A DNA stretch of 63,522 nt, counting the filler, from Basidiobolus meristosporus CBS 931.73 (lineage: Eukaryota; Fungi; Basidiobolomycota): assembly GCA_002104905.1 (NCBI GenBank). It is 3 parts of 3 records of this genome, joined end to end, with 100 filler letters (N's around TTAATTAATTAA, not from the genome) between each part and the next. Parts side by side here need not be neighbours in the genome. Positions count along the whole stretch, not along the records: positions 1 to 17,811 come from MCFE01001081.1; positions 17,912 to 35,750 come from MCFE01001080.1; 1 more part is not named here. One strand, 5' to 3'. The position numbers and the translations under genes were made by a program. Below the pieces are notes generated by a model. It was given only the letters and a program-made list of their open reading frames with translations, made no database searches and had not been told where the DNA came from. Positions 13,101 to 25,950 of the stretch are shown in pieces; within the stretch, counting starts at the first letter, position 1; each line of letters opens with the position of its first letter.

Positions 13101-14039
13101 CCAGTTCTATTAGCTCTATATGTGGATGATCTTATTATAGCCGCCAATAACCTAGAAACATTGGAAGAGACTAAATCCAGCCTATCTAAGAAGTTCAAGA
13201 TGTCTGATTTAGGAGAACTTAATTACTACTTAGGGATCAGGTTCTCCATAGACAGAAGTACCCAGACTATTACCCTAAGCCAATCCAAGTATATTCAAGA
13301 TATACTAAAGAAGTACAAAATGGAAGACTGTAAACCGGCAGCTACCCCAATGGAGACAAACCTTAACTTGGTCAAAACTCAACCAAATCAAGAGAGCTTG
13401 GTGCCATCTGAAAGCCCTGACTTTGCTTATCAATCTATGGTCAACAGTCTAATATCTATCATGCTTGGAACACGCCCAGTTATCTCATATTCAGTGGGAG
13501 TTGTCAGCCAACATAATCAGAGCTATAGATCTGATCATGTTGCAGCAGTTAAGCAGATTTTTAGATACCTAAAAGGAACTGCTGATATTTGCTTAAGATA
13601 CACTTATAAGGACTCAGAACAAGATCTTGTGGGATACTCTGATGCAGATTGGGGACAAAATTTAGTAGACAGAAGATCCACCACAGGATACACCTTTCTT
13701 CACTGTAAAGGAGCAATTTCATGGAATTCAAGAAAGCAACCAACCATAGCACTTTCTACCACAGAGGCAGAGTACATGGCAGCCTGTGAAGCTACAAAAG
13801 AACCAATGTGGTTAAGGAAGCTGTTTACAGATTTAGGTCTATGTCAAGAAATGCCTATTACCTTATTTCAAGATAATCAAGGATGTATACAATTAGGTAG
13901 AAATCCAACTTTTCATGCTAGAACCAAGCACATAGATATTAGACATCATTTCATACGTGAAGCTATAGAAATTAACTTAGTTGGCTTAGTTTACTGTCCT
14001 ACATATGAGATGATTGCAGACATATTTACCAGACCATAA
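10129..14039 (+). pseudogene. A2 gag-pol polyprotein with one frameshift (about 12968) and a late premature stop
   Basis: ORFs 9997-13023 and 13032-14039 join if one T is restored (GCTAAAAAG vs GCTTAAAAAG in other copies). TTA>TAA at 14037-14039 truncates the last ~17 residues. Confidence 0.88.
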
Positions 14040-14539
14040 GCTAGAGACAAGTTTGAATATCTTAGGTCAAAATTAGGAATAGTCAGTATGAACATTTAGC
14101 TGAGTGGGAGTGTTGTAAAAAGTTGCATTTCCACCTAAATATTCACCTAACTTAGTCACTTAGATCATTACCTTCAAATCCTAGAGAATACTGACCAAAT
14201 TCCTTGATGGGATTTACTTAATATATTTTCACCAAAATACCAGGTACCCAGAACATGAAAATTCTCAAAGTTGTCCAAACAGCCCCAAACTTTGCACGCA
14301 TGCTCTTGGGACCTTCCTTAACCTATTCTATGTGTTTTCAATGCCAAGAGCAGGTAAAAGCATAAATACAACTTTTACATTCAATAAATCATTAAGTGAA
14401 AACCATATAATCTACTTGTTCTCCCAATCACTTCCAATATCTCCAAGACTCTTACAACAGTTGTAACTATCAAACTATCACCTAAATGTACATGCCTGGA
14501 GAAAGGCTTTGCATTATATTGCACTACTAGAGTTGAAAT

Positions 14540-15810
14540 TGTTGTAAGAGTCTTGGAGATATTAGAAGAGATTGGGAGAACAAGTAGATTATGTGGTTTT
14601 CACTTTATGATTTATTGAATGTAAAAGTAGTATTTATACTTTTGCATGGTATTGGCATAATAAGCATGTAGAACAGGTTAAGGAAAGTCCCAAGAATATG
14701 CATACAAAGTCTGAGGCTGTTTGGACAACTCTGAGATTCTCCATGTTCTTGGTACCTGGTACTTTGGTGAAAAATTCCAAGTAAATCCCAGCAAGGAATT
14801 TGATCAGTATTCTCTAGGATTTGAAGGTGATGATCTAAGTGACTCAGTTAGGTGAATACTTAGGAGGTATTTTGAACTTCTTACAACACTCCCACTCAGC
14901 TAAATGTTCACACTTACTAGTCCTTATTTTGGCCTAAGATATTCAAACTTGTCTCTAGCTAATGGTTTGGTTAATATGTCTGCAATCATTTCATCTGAAG
15001 GACAGTAAGCTAAGCTAAGTTATTCTCTATAGCTTCACATATGAAACAATTTCTAATATCTATGTGCCTAGTTCTAGCACAAAAAGTTAGATTTCTACCT
15101 AATTGTATACATCCTTGATTATCTTGAATTAAAGTAATAGGTGTTTTTGACATAGGCCTGAATTGGTAAAAGCTTTCTTAGCCACATTGCTTCTTTTGTA
15201 GCTTCATAGGCTGTCACATACTCTGCCTCTGTGGTAGAACATGCCATAGTTGGTTGCTTTCTTGAATTCCATGAAATTGCTGCTTTACAGTAAAGAAAGG
15301 TGTATCCTGTGGTGGATCTTCTGTCTTCCAAATTTTGTCCCCAATCTGCATTAGAGTATCCCACAAGATCCTGTTCTGAATCCTTATAAGTATATCTTAA
15401 GCAGATATCAGCAGTTCCTTTTAGGTATCTAAAAATCTGCTTAACTGCTTCAATATGGTCAGATCCATAGTTCTGATTATGTTGGCTGACAACTCCCACT
15501 GAATATGAGAAATCTGGACATGTTCCAAGCATGATATACATCAGACTGCTAACCATAGATTGATAAGGAAAGTCAGGGCTTTCAGATGGCACCAAGTACT
15601 CTTGAATTGGTTGAGTTTTGATCAAGTTAAGGTGTGTCTCCATCAGGGTAGCTGTCAGTTTACAGTCTTCCATTTTGTACTTCTTTAGTATATCTTGAAT
15701 ATACTTGAATTGGCTTAGGGTAATAGTCTGGGTGCCTTTGTTCACGGAGAACTTAATCCCTAAGTAGTAACTGAGTTCTCCTAGATCAGACATCTTGAAC
15801 TCCTTAGATA
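14540..15810 (-). mobile_element. Copia A 3' fragment (LTR 14540-14888, PPT, RT/RNaseH)
   Basis: 349-bp LTR plus ORF 15119-15838 with RT/RNaseH motifs; truncated at about 15810. Confidence 0.9.
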
Positions 15811-15839
15811 TGTTAATTGGAGCATGTGAGAGGTACATA

Positions 15840-17008
15840 GAGTAATGGATACTCTTTAATATCTTGCCAATTCTTGTGATTTCTTTAGTATCTCAATGGG
15901 CTCATTCAGCTTGAAATGTTCTATGTGCAACTTGGTTTTCAGTGTAGGGATATTGTTAAAAAGCAAATGCATTGCTCCCAGTGGATAGCTTTTGCTCCAA
16001 TGGATACCCTCTATCTGAGGTATCTCTGGTTTCCAATTAATTTCATATTCTGGCCAATGGTATATAGCTTGCCAACTCTGCTGGAATTGCATGCTGAATT
16101 CTCTACATTCTCTCAATGGAAAGATGATATTCTTAATGCTGTTGTTTGGTTAATAGCAATGTGTGTGAGTTATGGAGTTAGTCTTCTGGATCTCACACAT
16201 TTGGTAGCAATACCATCCATTGTGCCCAAAAAAGCAAGCTATCTTGCTGATGGGCAGGGTATCTCCAAGGCAGATATTAATAACCTCTTTTACATAACAG
16301 TGATTTAGGCCCAGATACTAGTGAGACTACCATCAGATTTTGGCTCTGATACCATAAGATTGGTGGCAGATTCAGGTTGCTGAGAATTAGTGGCCTGCAG
16401 GATTTGCCATTAGAGTACTTGTTTAATGAGAATCCATCAAGTGCCAAGGCAAAGGTATGGTCATACATATCTTCAAGTAACCTTGGCTTCTGAGCTGTTT
16501 GTAATGTTTGCCATCAAATATATCTGATATGTTTACGCTTGATTGTTACTGAGTGTGGTACTTTGAAGCTTCACAATGTTTTCTAGACTGCATGAGTTTC
16601 TTTATACAGGGTATTACTGAATATATCAGGAGTGTGAGCAATGTTTTCCCCCTGTGGTAGTGGATTCCTAACAAGTTGGGCACCTTGCATTGGTGACATT
16701 TTCTGATGTGAATGCCATGCAACTGTTAACACATCCTGGTATCAGGATGGTCTGTAGGTCATATGTTGCCTGCCACATCACAATTTTCCATTTGTACCAT
16801 GTACATGGTAAGCTGTATTCCAGTATGATTTTGACAAGAACTAGTAGTAAATACTCAAAGTACCCATCACTGATATTTGTGAAAACGCCTACTTATCTAG
16901 CCACAACATTGCATCATTGACCAGTACATGGATTGCTGGGCTCACTTGACTCTGTAAAGTATTCTTGGCATTTTTTTCCATGGGTGTGGTCTCACTACAT
17001 AAGGGGAT
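15840..17008 (-). mobile_element. Degenerate CACTA/EnSpm (Transposase_21-like) transposase relic 1
   Basis: Minus-strand fragments CVNSCMAFT..CPTC, DIFDGKHYKQL, ALALDGF..NLNLPP..VSGPK and GDTLPISKIACFFGHNGWYCYQMC resemble conserved fungal CACTA motifs. Confidence 0.75.
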
Positions 17009-17811
17009 TGTTATGATCTGCCGCTTGAATGTTTAAGTTAGATCAGTTTTTAGTCAAATCAATTAGTTTAAGTTTAGGTTATCAGTATATCAGTATTATC
17101 TATGAAATCAGTAGCATTAGTCAGCAAATGAATCAGCAGATCCTTATCAGACAGAAATAGATATATTAAGTAGGATCTTACTGAGTGATGATGATTCAAT
17201 CAAATGAGTCATCAGCCACAGCCTACATTAGGAAATACAATTAGTCAGCAATTGATCTGGCAAAATCTATATAAGGAGCTGCTGAAACCTCAATAAAAAT
17301 CAGTTCAAGTTTTAGTGAATACAATACTAACTAAACTCCCTATTCCTCTACAACTCTTATACCAAGACATGTAACATTGGTAGCAGCAATAACCAGAAAC
17401 CTCCCTCCTAAAGAAAGAAGAAACTACCCTCAAGATGTTGGACAATAAAGAATGGAAGAATGCCATGCAGCAAATCCTGGCCCAACAGCAACAGTTACTC
17501 CAGATCCTCAGCCAACAGCAACAAGGAATGACTACCATGGCTCAGAGCCAGCAAAGCCCTATCAAGAGCAACTTTAGTGTGAAGGTCAACCGGTACCATG
17601 GCAAAGTCAATGAAAACCTGGCAACTTGGCTCTTTCAGATTGAAGAGGCTTTTAAGGCTGAAGGAATTTCTCCAGAAAGCAAGTTGCATTATGCAGCTTC
17701 TTACCTGGCAGATGCAGCTTTACAGTGGTACCACAACAAGATCAGGACAGCCACTATGATGGGATGCTCTACAATCTCTACCTGGGGTGAGTTTGTGTTG
17801 GAAATTCAGGA
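17009..17811 (+). mobile_element. Ty3/Gypsy element 5' end: LTR 17009-17376, PBS TGGTAGCAGC, gag from 17435
   Basis: TGTTA...TAACA LTR; TGG-type PBS; gag-like YHGKVNENLATWLFQIEEAF...AASYLADAALQWY...TWGEF; cut by the gap. Confidence 0.85.
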
Positions 17812-17911
17812 NNNNNNNNNNNNNNNNNNNNNNNNNNNNNNNNNNNNNNNNNNNNTTAATTAATTAANNNNNNNNNNNNNNNNNNNNNNNNNNNNNNNNN
17901 NNNNNNNNNNN
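17812..17911. other. Scaffold gap: 100 bp of N with TTAATTAATTAA linker
   Basis: N run with a central six-frame-stop 12-mer, same layout as the gap at 35751. Confidence 0.95.
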
Positions 17912-20900
17912 AACTCCCACTGAATATGAGATATCTGGACGTGTTCCAAGCATGATATATATCAGACTGCCAACCATAGATTGATAAGGAAAGTCAGGGC
18001 TTTCAGATGGCACCAAGCTCTCTTGATTTGGTTGAGTTTTGACCAAGTTAAGGTTTGTCTCCATTGGGGTAGCTGCTGGTTTACAGTCTTCCATTTTGTA
18101 CTTCTTTAGTATATCTTGAATATACTTGGATTGGCTTAGGGTAATAGTCTGGGTACTTCTGTCTATGGAGAACTTAATCCCTAAGTAGTAACTAAGTTCT
18201 CCTAGATTGGACATCTTGAACTCCTTAGATAGGCTGGATTTAGTCTCTTCCAATGTTTCTAGGTTATTGGCGGCTATAATAAGATCATCCACATATAGAG
18301 CTAATAGAACTGGATTTGCTCTATCTGGCTTATAGTATATACTATAGTCAGCATTACTTCTTTTGAAACTCAAAGATTCCAAATAAGAATCTATCTTACA
18401 ATTCCAGGCTCTTGGTGATTGTTTGAGCCCATATAGTGACTTTTTAAGCTTGCAGACCAAATGGGGGTTATTTTGGTCAACAAACCCATCAGGCTGGTCC
18501 ATATACACGTCCTCATCAAGTTCTCCATTCAAAAATGCAGTTTTTACATCCATTTGATGAATAAAAAACTTATATTTTGCTGCAATAGCCAAAATTAATC
18601 TGATGGAATTAAACTTGGCTACCGGTGCAAAGGTCTCAGTATAGTCAAGTCCTTTTGTTTGAGAGTATCCTTTGGCTACAAGTCTTGCTTTGTATCTTTC
18701 AATTGTACCATCAGCCTTGTATTTTGTCCTGAAGACCCATCTGCATCCAATTGATTTTTGGTTGATTGGTAATTTGACTAAGTCCCAAGTTTGATTTTTC
18801 ATCAGTGCCTGATATTCCTCAGTCATTGCAGATCTCCAAAACTTTGTCTGAGGGCTATTTAGGGCCTCTTTTACAGTCTGGGGTTCACCAACATGGACTG
18901 AATAGGCATAGGCTAAGTTTGTACCCTCATTGATATAGTAATTTGGGCTATTTCTTGTCCAATTGGATCTCCGGGCATTTGATACTGGAATGATCACTTC
19001 TGGGATATTCCTGGGCACTGATTCTGGCTGAACCACGGTTGTAGAGTCCTCTGGAGTGAAAAAATTTCCATTGTTTTGCTCTGATTCAATCCTGACAATT
19101 GGTGGACTTGAGATCAAATTTTTGTCATCATCTGATGTCATTTTTTGTGAAAATTTTGAATTTTCATCAAACAACACATCCCTGGACTTGATCAGCTTCT
19201 TTGCTTTGGTATTGTAGAGTCTGTATGCCTTACTCTCATTGCAGTAGCCCAAAAATATGCATTTTACACTTTTTGGCTCAAATTTTGACTGATTTCCGGC
19301 CAGTTTTTTGGCATATGCTGTACACCCAAATATTCTTAGATGTTCTGCACTTGGTCTGTATCCATACCATGCTTCAAATGGAGTAGAATCACAAAGTATT
19401 CTGTTATAACTCCTATTTTTAAGGTATACAGCAGTAGCAACTGATTCCGCCCAAAAATCATAGGATAATCTTTGATCATGGATCATAGATCTTGCCATAT
19501 CAATTATTGATCTGTTAGCTTGTTCTGCTACTCCATTTTGCTGTGGGGAGTATGGTACAGTAGTCTCTTGCTTTATCCCATGAATTTTGCAGAAGTGGAT
19601 GAAGAGTTTTGAGGTATATTCTCCACCATTGTCAGAGCGTATTTTCTTGATTTTTTCACCAGTTTCTCTCTCCACCATGGCTTTAAACTCCCTGAACTTA
19701 GACAGAGCTTCTTCCTTTCTCTCCATGAAGTAGACCCATGTGTATCTTCTATAATCATCAATAAAAGTGATTAAATACTTCATCCCGCCTAACAATAAAT
19801 TTTCCATAGGTCCACACAGATCTGAGTGAATTAGATCTAATTTTTTCTTAGTTTTGATTAACCCAGAGCTCTTGAACGGTTGTCTGGCTTGTTTCCCATA
19901 TATGCAGGCTTCACAGTGCTCCAAATTAGCTGGGGGATCAATTTTCACTCCAAAAATTAGCTGATCTTTGATCATTTTACACAAATAATCAAAATTGATG
20001 TGTCCAAATATCCTGTGCCAAAGCATTGGTGTTTCTTCATTTAAGTTACTTATATTGGCTTCCAGATATGATGGAATATAAGTCAACTTGTATAGATTCT
20101 GATCTCTGATGCCCAAAGCAATATGAGCACCATTTGGATCAGTGATCCTGCATCCAGAATTGTCAAAACTGAAACTGAGTCCTTCTGCTGTGGCCTTGCT
20201 TACATAGAGTAGATTCTTGGCTATTTCTGGTACATAGAGTACTTCTTTAAAGGTCAGTGTATGGCTTCCTTCACTGCTTCTTAGGTTTACTTGAATAGCT
20301 CCTTCTCCCACTGCATCAAATGTTCTATTGGCACCCATGAAAACCTTCTTAATTGGAATTTCTTGATATTGGGTAAAAAGTTCTTTTTGGTGTTTAAAGT
20401 GTTGAGATGCTCCAGAGTCAATATACCACGTCTGAGAATCCTTGTTTGTGGTCATATTTAGTGCAGATATGAATAGTCTATCTTCAGTTGTTGCAGCATT
20501 TCCATGTTCAGGCTTCTTTTGCTGATAATCTCTCTTTTTGAAACAACAGTCTGATGTGTGTCCTTTCCTTTTGCAGTAGTTGCAAATAGGTTGCTGTTGC
20601 CTTTGTAGGGTCTTGGGTACCTCCCTTGTTGGTTATCATTGCTTATTAAAGCATTTTCTTCTTCCTTCTTATTGGCGCTTGATTTTCTTAATTCTTCATC
20701 CAGGAGCCTTCCATATACGTAATTTAAGGTCAAATCTTCAGTTCTGGACTCTAGGGCTGATACAAGGCCCTGAAACTTGTCTGTCAGGCTATTCAGGATG
20801 GTAACTATCACATCCTCATCAGTAGTTGGTACGCCTACAGATTCCATCTCATCTACCAGCAGGGTAATTCTGTTAATTAGATTTTTCATTTCTTCTCCTG

Positions 20901-21638
20901 GCAGCATCTTTGTAGTAAAGAATTTTCTTCTCAGATACATTTTCTTGGCAGCTGAACATGACTGGTAGGTGTCTTCCAATGCTTTCCAGGCATTTTTTGC
21001 CGTTTTTGCTCTTGAGCATTGAATTAGCAATTTGTCCTTGACATTAAGGCAAATGCAGTTAAAGGCACTTTGTTCTTTCTTCTGGTACTTTAAGGCTTCC
21101 TCTCCCACGTTTTTAGGAGGGCATTCTTCTCCCATGACAATATCCCAAAGGCCTCTTTCTTGTAGCAGCATCTTCATCTTCACCTTCCACACTTGGTAGT
21201 TAGATCCATCCAACTTTTCAGCAGAGGGAAAAATTCCAGTAATAGCAGTAGTAGAAATTGCAGAGAGTGACAGCTCAGGGCTCATAACCTGTTGTAGGAG
21301 TCTTGGAGATATTGGAAGTGATTGGGAGAACAAGTAGATTATGTGGTTTTCACTTAATGATTTATTGAATGTAAAAGTAGTATTTATACTTTTATCTGGT
21401 CTTGGCATTACAAACACGTAGAATAGGTTAAGGAAGGTCCCAAGAACATGTGTGCAAAGTTTGGGGCTGTTTGGACAACTTTGAGAATTTTGATGTTCTG
21501 GGTACCTGGTATTTTGGTGAAAATATTCTAAGTAAATCCCAACAAGGAATTTGGTCAGTATTTTCTAGGATTTGAAGGTAATGATCTAAGTGACTAAGTT
21601 AGGTGAATATTTAGGTGGAAATACAAATTTTTACAACA
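17912..21638 (-). mobile_element. Copia A element A3 (5' LTR 21290-21638, gag-pol to the gap)
   Basis: PBS at 21278-21289; gag ORF 20458-21417 and pol ORF from 20455 separated by a 1-nt deletion near 20585; 3' end lost in the gap. Confidence 0.93.
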
Positions 21639-24170
21639 CTTAGTACCTTTCTTAACCTATTCTACATGTTTGTAATGCCAAGACCATGTAACAGTATAAA
21701 TACTACTTGTATATTCAATAAATCATTAAGTGAAAGCCACATAATCTACTTTTCCTCCCAATCACTTCCAATATCTCCAAGACTCTTATAACACCTTTTA
21801 GATATCTAAGAATCTGCTTAACTGCTGCAGAATGATCAGTTCCATAGTTCTTATTAAACTGGCTGAAAATTCCCACTGATTATGAGATGTATGTACATGT
21901 TCCAAGCATTTTATACATCAGACTGCTGACCAGAGATTATTAAGGGAATTTTGGGCTTTCAGATGGCACCAAGCTTTCTTGGTTTGGTAGTGTTTTAGCC
22001 AAGCTAAGGCTTGTCTACATTGGGGCAGCTGTTGGTTTACAGTATTCCATTGGATACTTCTTTAAAATATCTTGAGTATTCTTAGATTTGCTTAGGGTAA
22101 TAGTCTGGGTACTACTCTCTATGGAAACCCATTTCCCTAAGAAGTAACTGAGCTCTCCTAGACTGGATATCTTGAGATCCTTGGATTGGTTGAATTTTAT
22201 CTCTCCAATGTTTCCAAGTTGTTGGTAGCTATAAACAGATCATCCACACAAGGAGCTGATAGATCAGGATTTGCTATATCTAGCATATAGTAGATACTAT
22301 AGTCAGCAGTACACCCTTTGGAAGCTCAAATATTCCAAATAACAATCTATCTTGCAATTCAAGGCTCTTGGTGATTGTATGCACCATACAGAAATTCTTT
22401 AAGCTTGCAGACCAAATGAGGGTTATCTTAGTCAACAAGCCCATCAGACTGGTTCATTTACATGTACTCACTGAGTTCCCTACTCAGAAGTGCAGTTCTC
22501 ACACTCATTTGATGAGTAAAAAATGTATATTTGGCTGCAATAGCCAATACCAATCAGATAGAATCAAACTTGGCTACTGGTGCAAAGGACTCAATTAAGT
22601 CAAGTCCTTTTGTTTGTGAGGATTGTTTGGCCAGAGGTCTTGCTTTGTATCTTTCAATTGTACCATCAGTGTTGTATTTTGTTTGCACAGTCATCAAAAC
22701 ATGTTCTTTGTGGCTTCCCTGCCTAGAGCATGTAAAAGAACAAAAGCCACCTTTTCATTCAGTGGTTCATTGAGTGGAAGCCACATAACCTACTTGTCTT
22801 CCAATCAATTTCAATATTTCCAAAACTCAGGTGGCAGCATTAGTAGCAGTAGTAGGCAGCTAACAGAGTGAGAGCTCAGAAAGTAACAGCTCAGGGCCCA
22901 TGACTTGTTGAGATAGGTTTTGAGTCATGGTGATGACTAGGAGAACCATTAGATTGTTCCAATTTTACTTAATGATTCACTGAATGTAAATGTTGTATTT
23001 CCACTCTGGCATGACCTTGGCAAGACAAGCACATGATATTAGTCTAGAAGTACTCTGAAAGCCTATGTGCCAAGCTTGAGGCTATAGAGAAAGCTTTGAG
23101 AGTTTTCATTCTCCAAGTACCTGAAGTTTTGGTTAAAATACTCCAAGCCAATCCCAACAAGGAACTTATGATAACTTCCCCAAGACTTGTAGACTATGAT
23201 CTATTATTAAAATTTGTAATTCCATCTAAATACTCACCTGAATTAGTCACTTAGATCATTACCTACAAATCTCAGAGAATAATAAGTTCCTTTTGGGATT
23301 TATTTATATCATACTCACCAAAATATCAGGTACCCAGAGCATGAAAATTAGATAGGTTGGCCAAACAGCCCCAAATGTTGCACACATGCTCTTGGGACCT
23401 TCCTAAACCTATTCTATGAGCTTTTTATGCCAAGACTATGTAAAAGTATAAACACTACCTTTACATACAAAGACCATTAAATGAAAACTTCATAATCTAC
23501 TTGTTCTGCCAATCACTTCCAGTATCTTCAAGACTCTTACAACATGATGTACTTGACTAAGTTAGGTTAGTACTTAAGTGTCTCTATAGAACCTACAACA
23601 CTTACATTCTCATGGATATTTCTTATGAAATTCCTGTAAGATAGTTGAGTTGGGAAATATTGGGGCTTGTAGACTAAATGAATTGTGTTGTAGTCATCTT
23701 GGATATAGCACTATGATATGTTTAGTTCTGTATATCAAGGAATGCTGCATATTAGTACTCCCTGGCTAGGCTGCTGATAAATGTACAAGACCAAAAGTAA
23801 TGCAACTATGTGCCTTTTGAATGTGTGTATGCCTAGTCCATACTGAGTGTTGTTAGTGCTTTGCAGATGCTGAAAGTGATTAGGAGTACATTGCGACTAG
23901 ATGGTTTTTGCTTGATGATTTTTTGATGGTCAAAGTGGTACATCTGTCTTTCCTAGAAAGGTCCCAAACGCTTGTGCGCAATGTTTGGAGTCTCTTGTAC
24001 AACTGAAAAGAAATCTATGTACTGGGTATCTGGTATTTTGGCGAAAATGTTTGAAGTAAATCCCGACAGAGAGTTCGGGCAGGAAATAGTGAAGTTCATA
24101 GTCTGTCACCTAAGCGACTTGATGAATAATGGAACTATTTCGGCGCAAATATGACATTTACAACAAATGT
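21639..24170. mobile_element. Cluster of old Copia A-lineage relics (partial LTRs, RT 21794-22700, diverged LTRs)
   Basis: Recognisable LTR and RT similarity in both orientations, heavily mutated; boundaries approximate. Confidence 0.75.
23202..23544 (+). mobile_element. Solo Copia A LTR inserted in an older LTR
   Basis: Flanks TGATC/TGATG (4 of 5 TSD match); the interrupted minus-strand LTR resumes on the right. Confidence 0.7.
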
Positions 24171-25950
24171 AAATGTCCAGGTGTATGTAAGAAATTTAAA
24201 ACATTCTTTACTATGGTAAAAGGTGGGAATTCCCTAAACGCAATTGCCAGATAGTCATGAGATTTGGAAATGTTTGCGAGGGAAAAAAAGGTATAGTTTT
24301 CGAGGTATTTTCAAGTCATCGATTGATGATGTGAATATTTGAGCGAAGTCCCAAGAGTTAGTGTTCAAGGTTTCGGATCTTCAGAACAGATTTGCTAGTT
24401 GGTAGATCCAGGATTTCCTTAATTCATCGAATTTCTAAATCTCCGAAACCATTTTTCCTAGAGAATATTCGAGAATGTGGGTACTTGAAGTAGAAACATT
24501 TGTTTCGCTAGCTAATCACAACATAATCCAGCCGAAATTCCAACTTGTAAATTGTATTAATGGATCGAGATCGGCTCAACTTGTTGATCAATTGAGCGCG
24601 ATAATTATTTATAAGGCCGAAGTACCTACTTGGCCTGGATTCATTTCATATGATGTTTACTGATTCTGTGATGTATGAAAGACCCAAACTGTGCACACAG
24701 CAACCTGGGACAAAGCAGAACCATCCTTACTTTTATGATGCTCTACTTACTTCCATGCACCAAACCAACATGTGAAAGCGCAATGGTTCTGATTCATCAC
24801 CATGTTCCCAGGGCAACTCGCTACTGCATGACAACCACTTACTCATATGGAATACTTGATACCGATAAATTTTGGACACAGATTGAGATGAACGATGGTA
24901 CCCTGCTGGTTTTGATTGGTCCCTGGAGCGGAAATTGAGGTTGGAATTTTTGATGAATTTTCGGTCCTCAACCGATTTTTTGATTACGAAAACATCCTAC
25001 ATCCTGCATCCTACCCACTAGACCCAACCATGCTAAACTTACGGAACCATCGAAGAATCTAGCACGAGCATGCAATCGTGGTATATGATATATGCCCGTA
25101 TTCCAAAGTGAGATCCATACATCCATGGTCAGAGGGCCAAGTAGAAATAGCCATCGACAACCCTGGTGTCGACATTGCTATAATAACTCCATAGCAACCT
25201 TGCATGATGCGACTATTTGCTTACCCAAACCCTTTGATCCTGGTCCCTGGGGCACACCATCTATGGTGCAAAGGCTAGTCACACGAAGCTTGATCACTAT
25301 TTGTAATGGTTAGCCATCGTCCGCTGAAATGCAATATCCGGGTGCCGGAGGATGTTGTACGATGCCAGTGTTGAGGTCACTACCGCCTCAAGCACCTTCA
25401 ACTCCCGTAGATATGTATTCATTCCCAAGCACCTTTGACTCCCATAGATGTGTATTCAGTTAGTGTTGGTGATATGGGTATCGATATAGTGATGGGCATG
25501 CGTTTTTAGGCCCAAACCAACGAACCCATCACTGCCCACACGTGTCCACGGGAAGTGGATTAGCTCATCCATTCAACATCGCTATATGACTCACGAATAA
25601 AAATAGAATCAATCCTTGGAATTCCTTTCTGTCGGATATCAGTGGTAATCCTGGGGAGCGGATAAATTGGACACTTCCATTTTTGGTGATTATTATCACT
25701 CTTATGTATTGCACAAGCGCTGGCTTACCATCATCCCTCCCCTCCCTTGGGTCCGATGGCATTCCGTGCCGAGGGATATCTTCCTAGCCGACGCACTCTC
25801 CGATATTCGGACAATATACTTAAACCTCGATTGGTTATCGTCACCGTGTGATGGATAGATTGGGATGAGGTATAAAAGTCCTTGTGGTCCGCTGGGTGAG
25901 AGCCATCTTTACTGTTCAAATCAACACTGAAGAACTAAGAGAGACTCCAA

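Larger units (their letters stand above)
9776..14459 (+). mobile_element. Copia A element A2, near-intact (5' LTR 9776-10124, 3' LTR 14111-14459)
   Basis: PBS 10125-10137, PPT 14102-14110, all Copia domains in PR-IN-RT-RH order. LTRs differ at about 18 of 349 positions by eye; flanks TCCAT/GTTGT are not a TSD. Confidence 0.96.

Noticed and set aside
17812-17911. TTAATTAATTAA palindrome and ORFs containing X runs
   Set aside because: Artificial stop linker in a gap; adjacency across both gaps is unproven.
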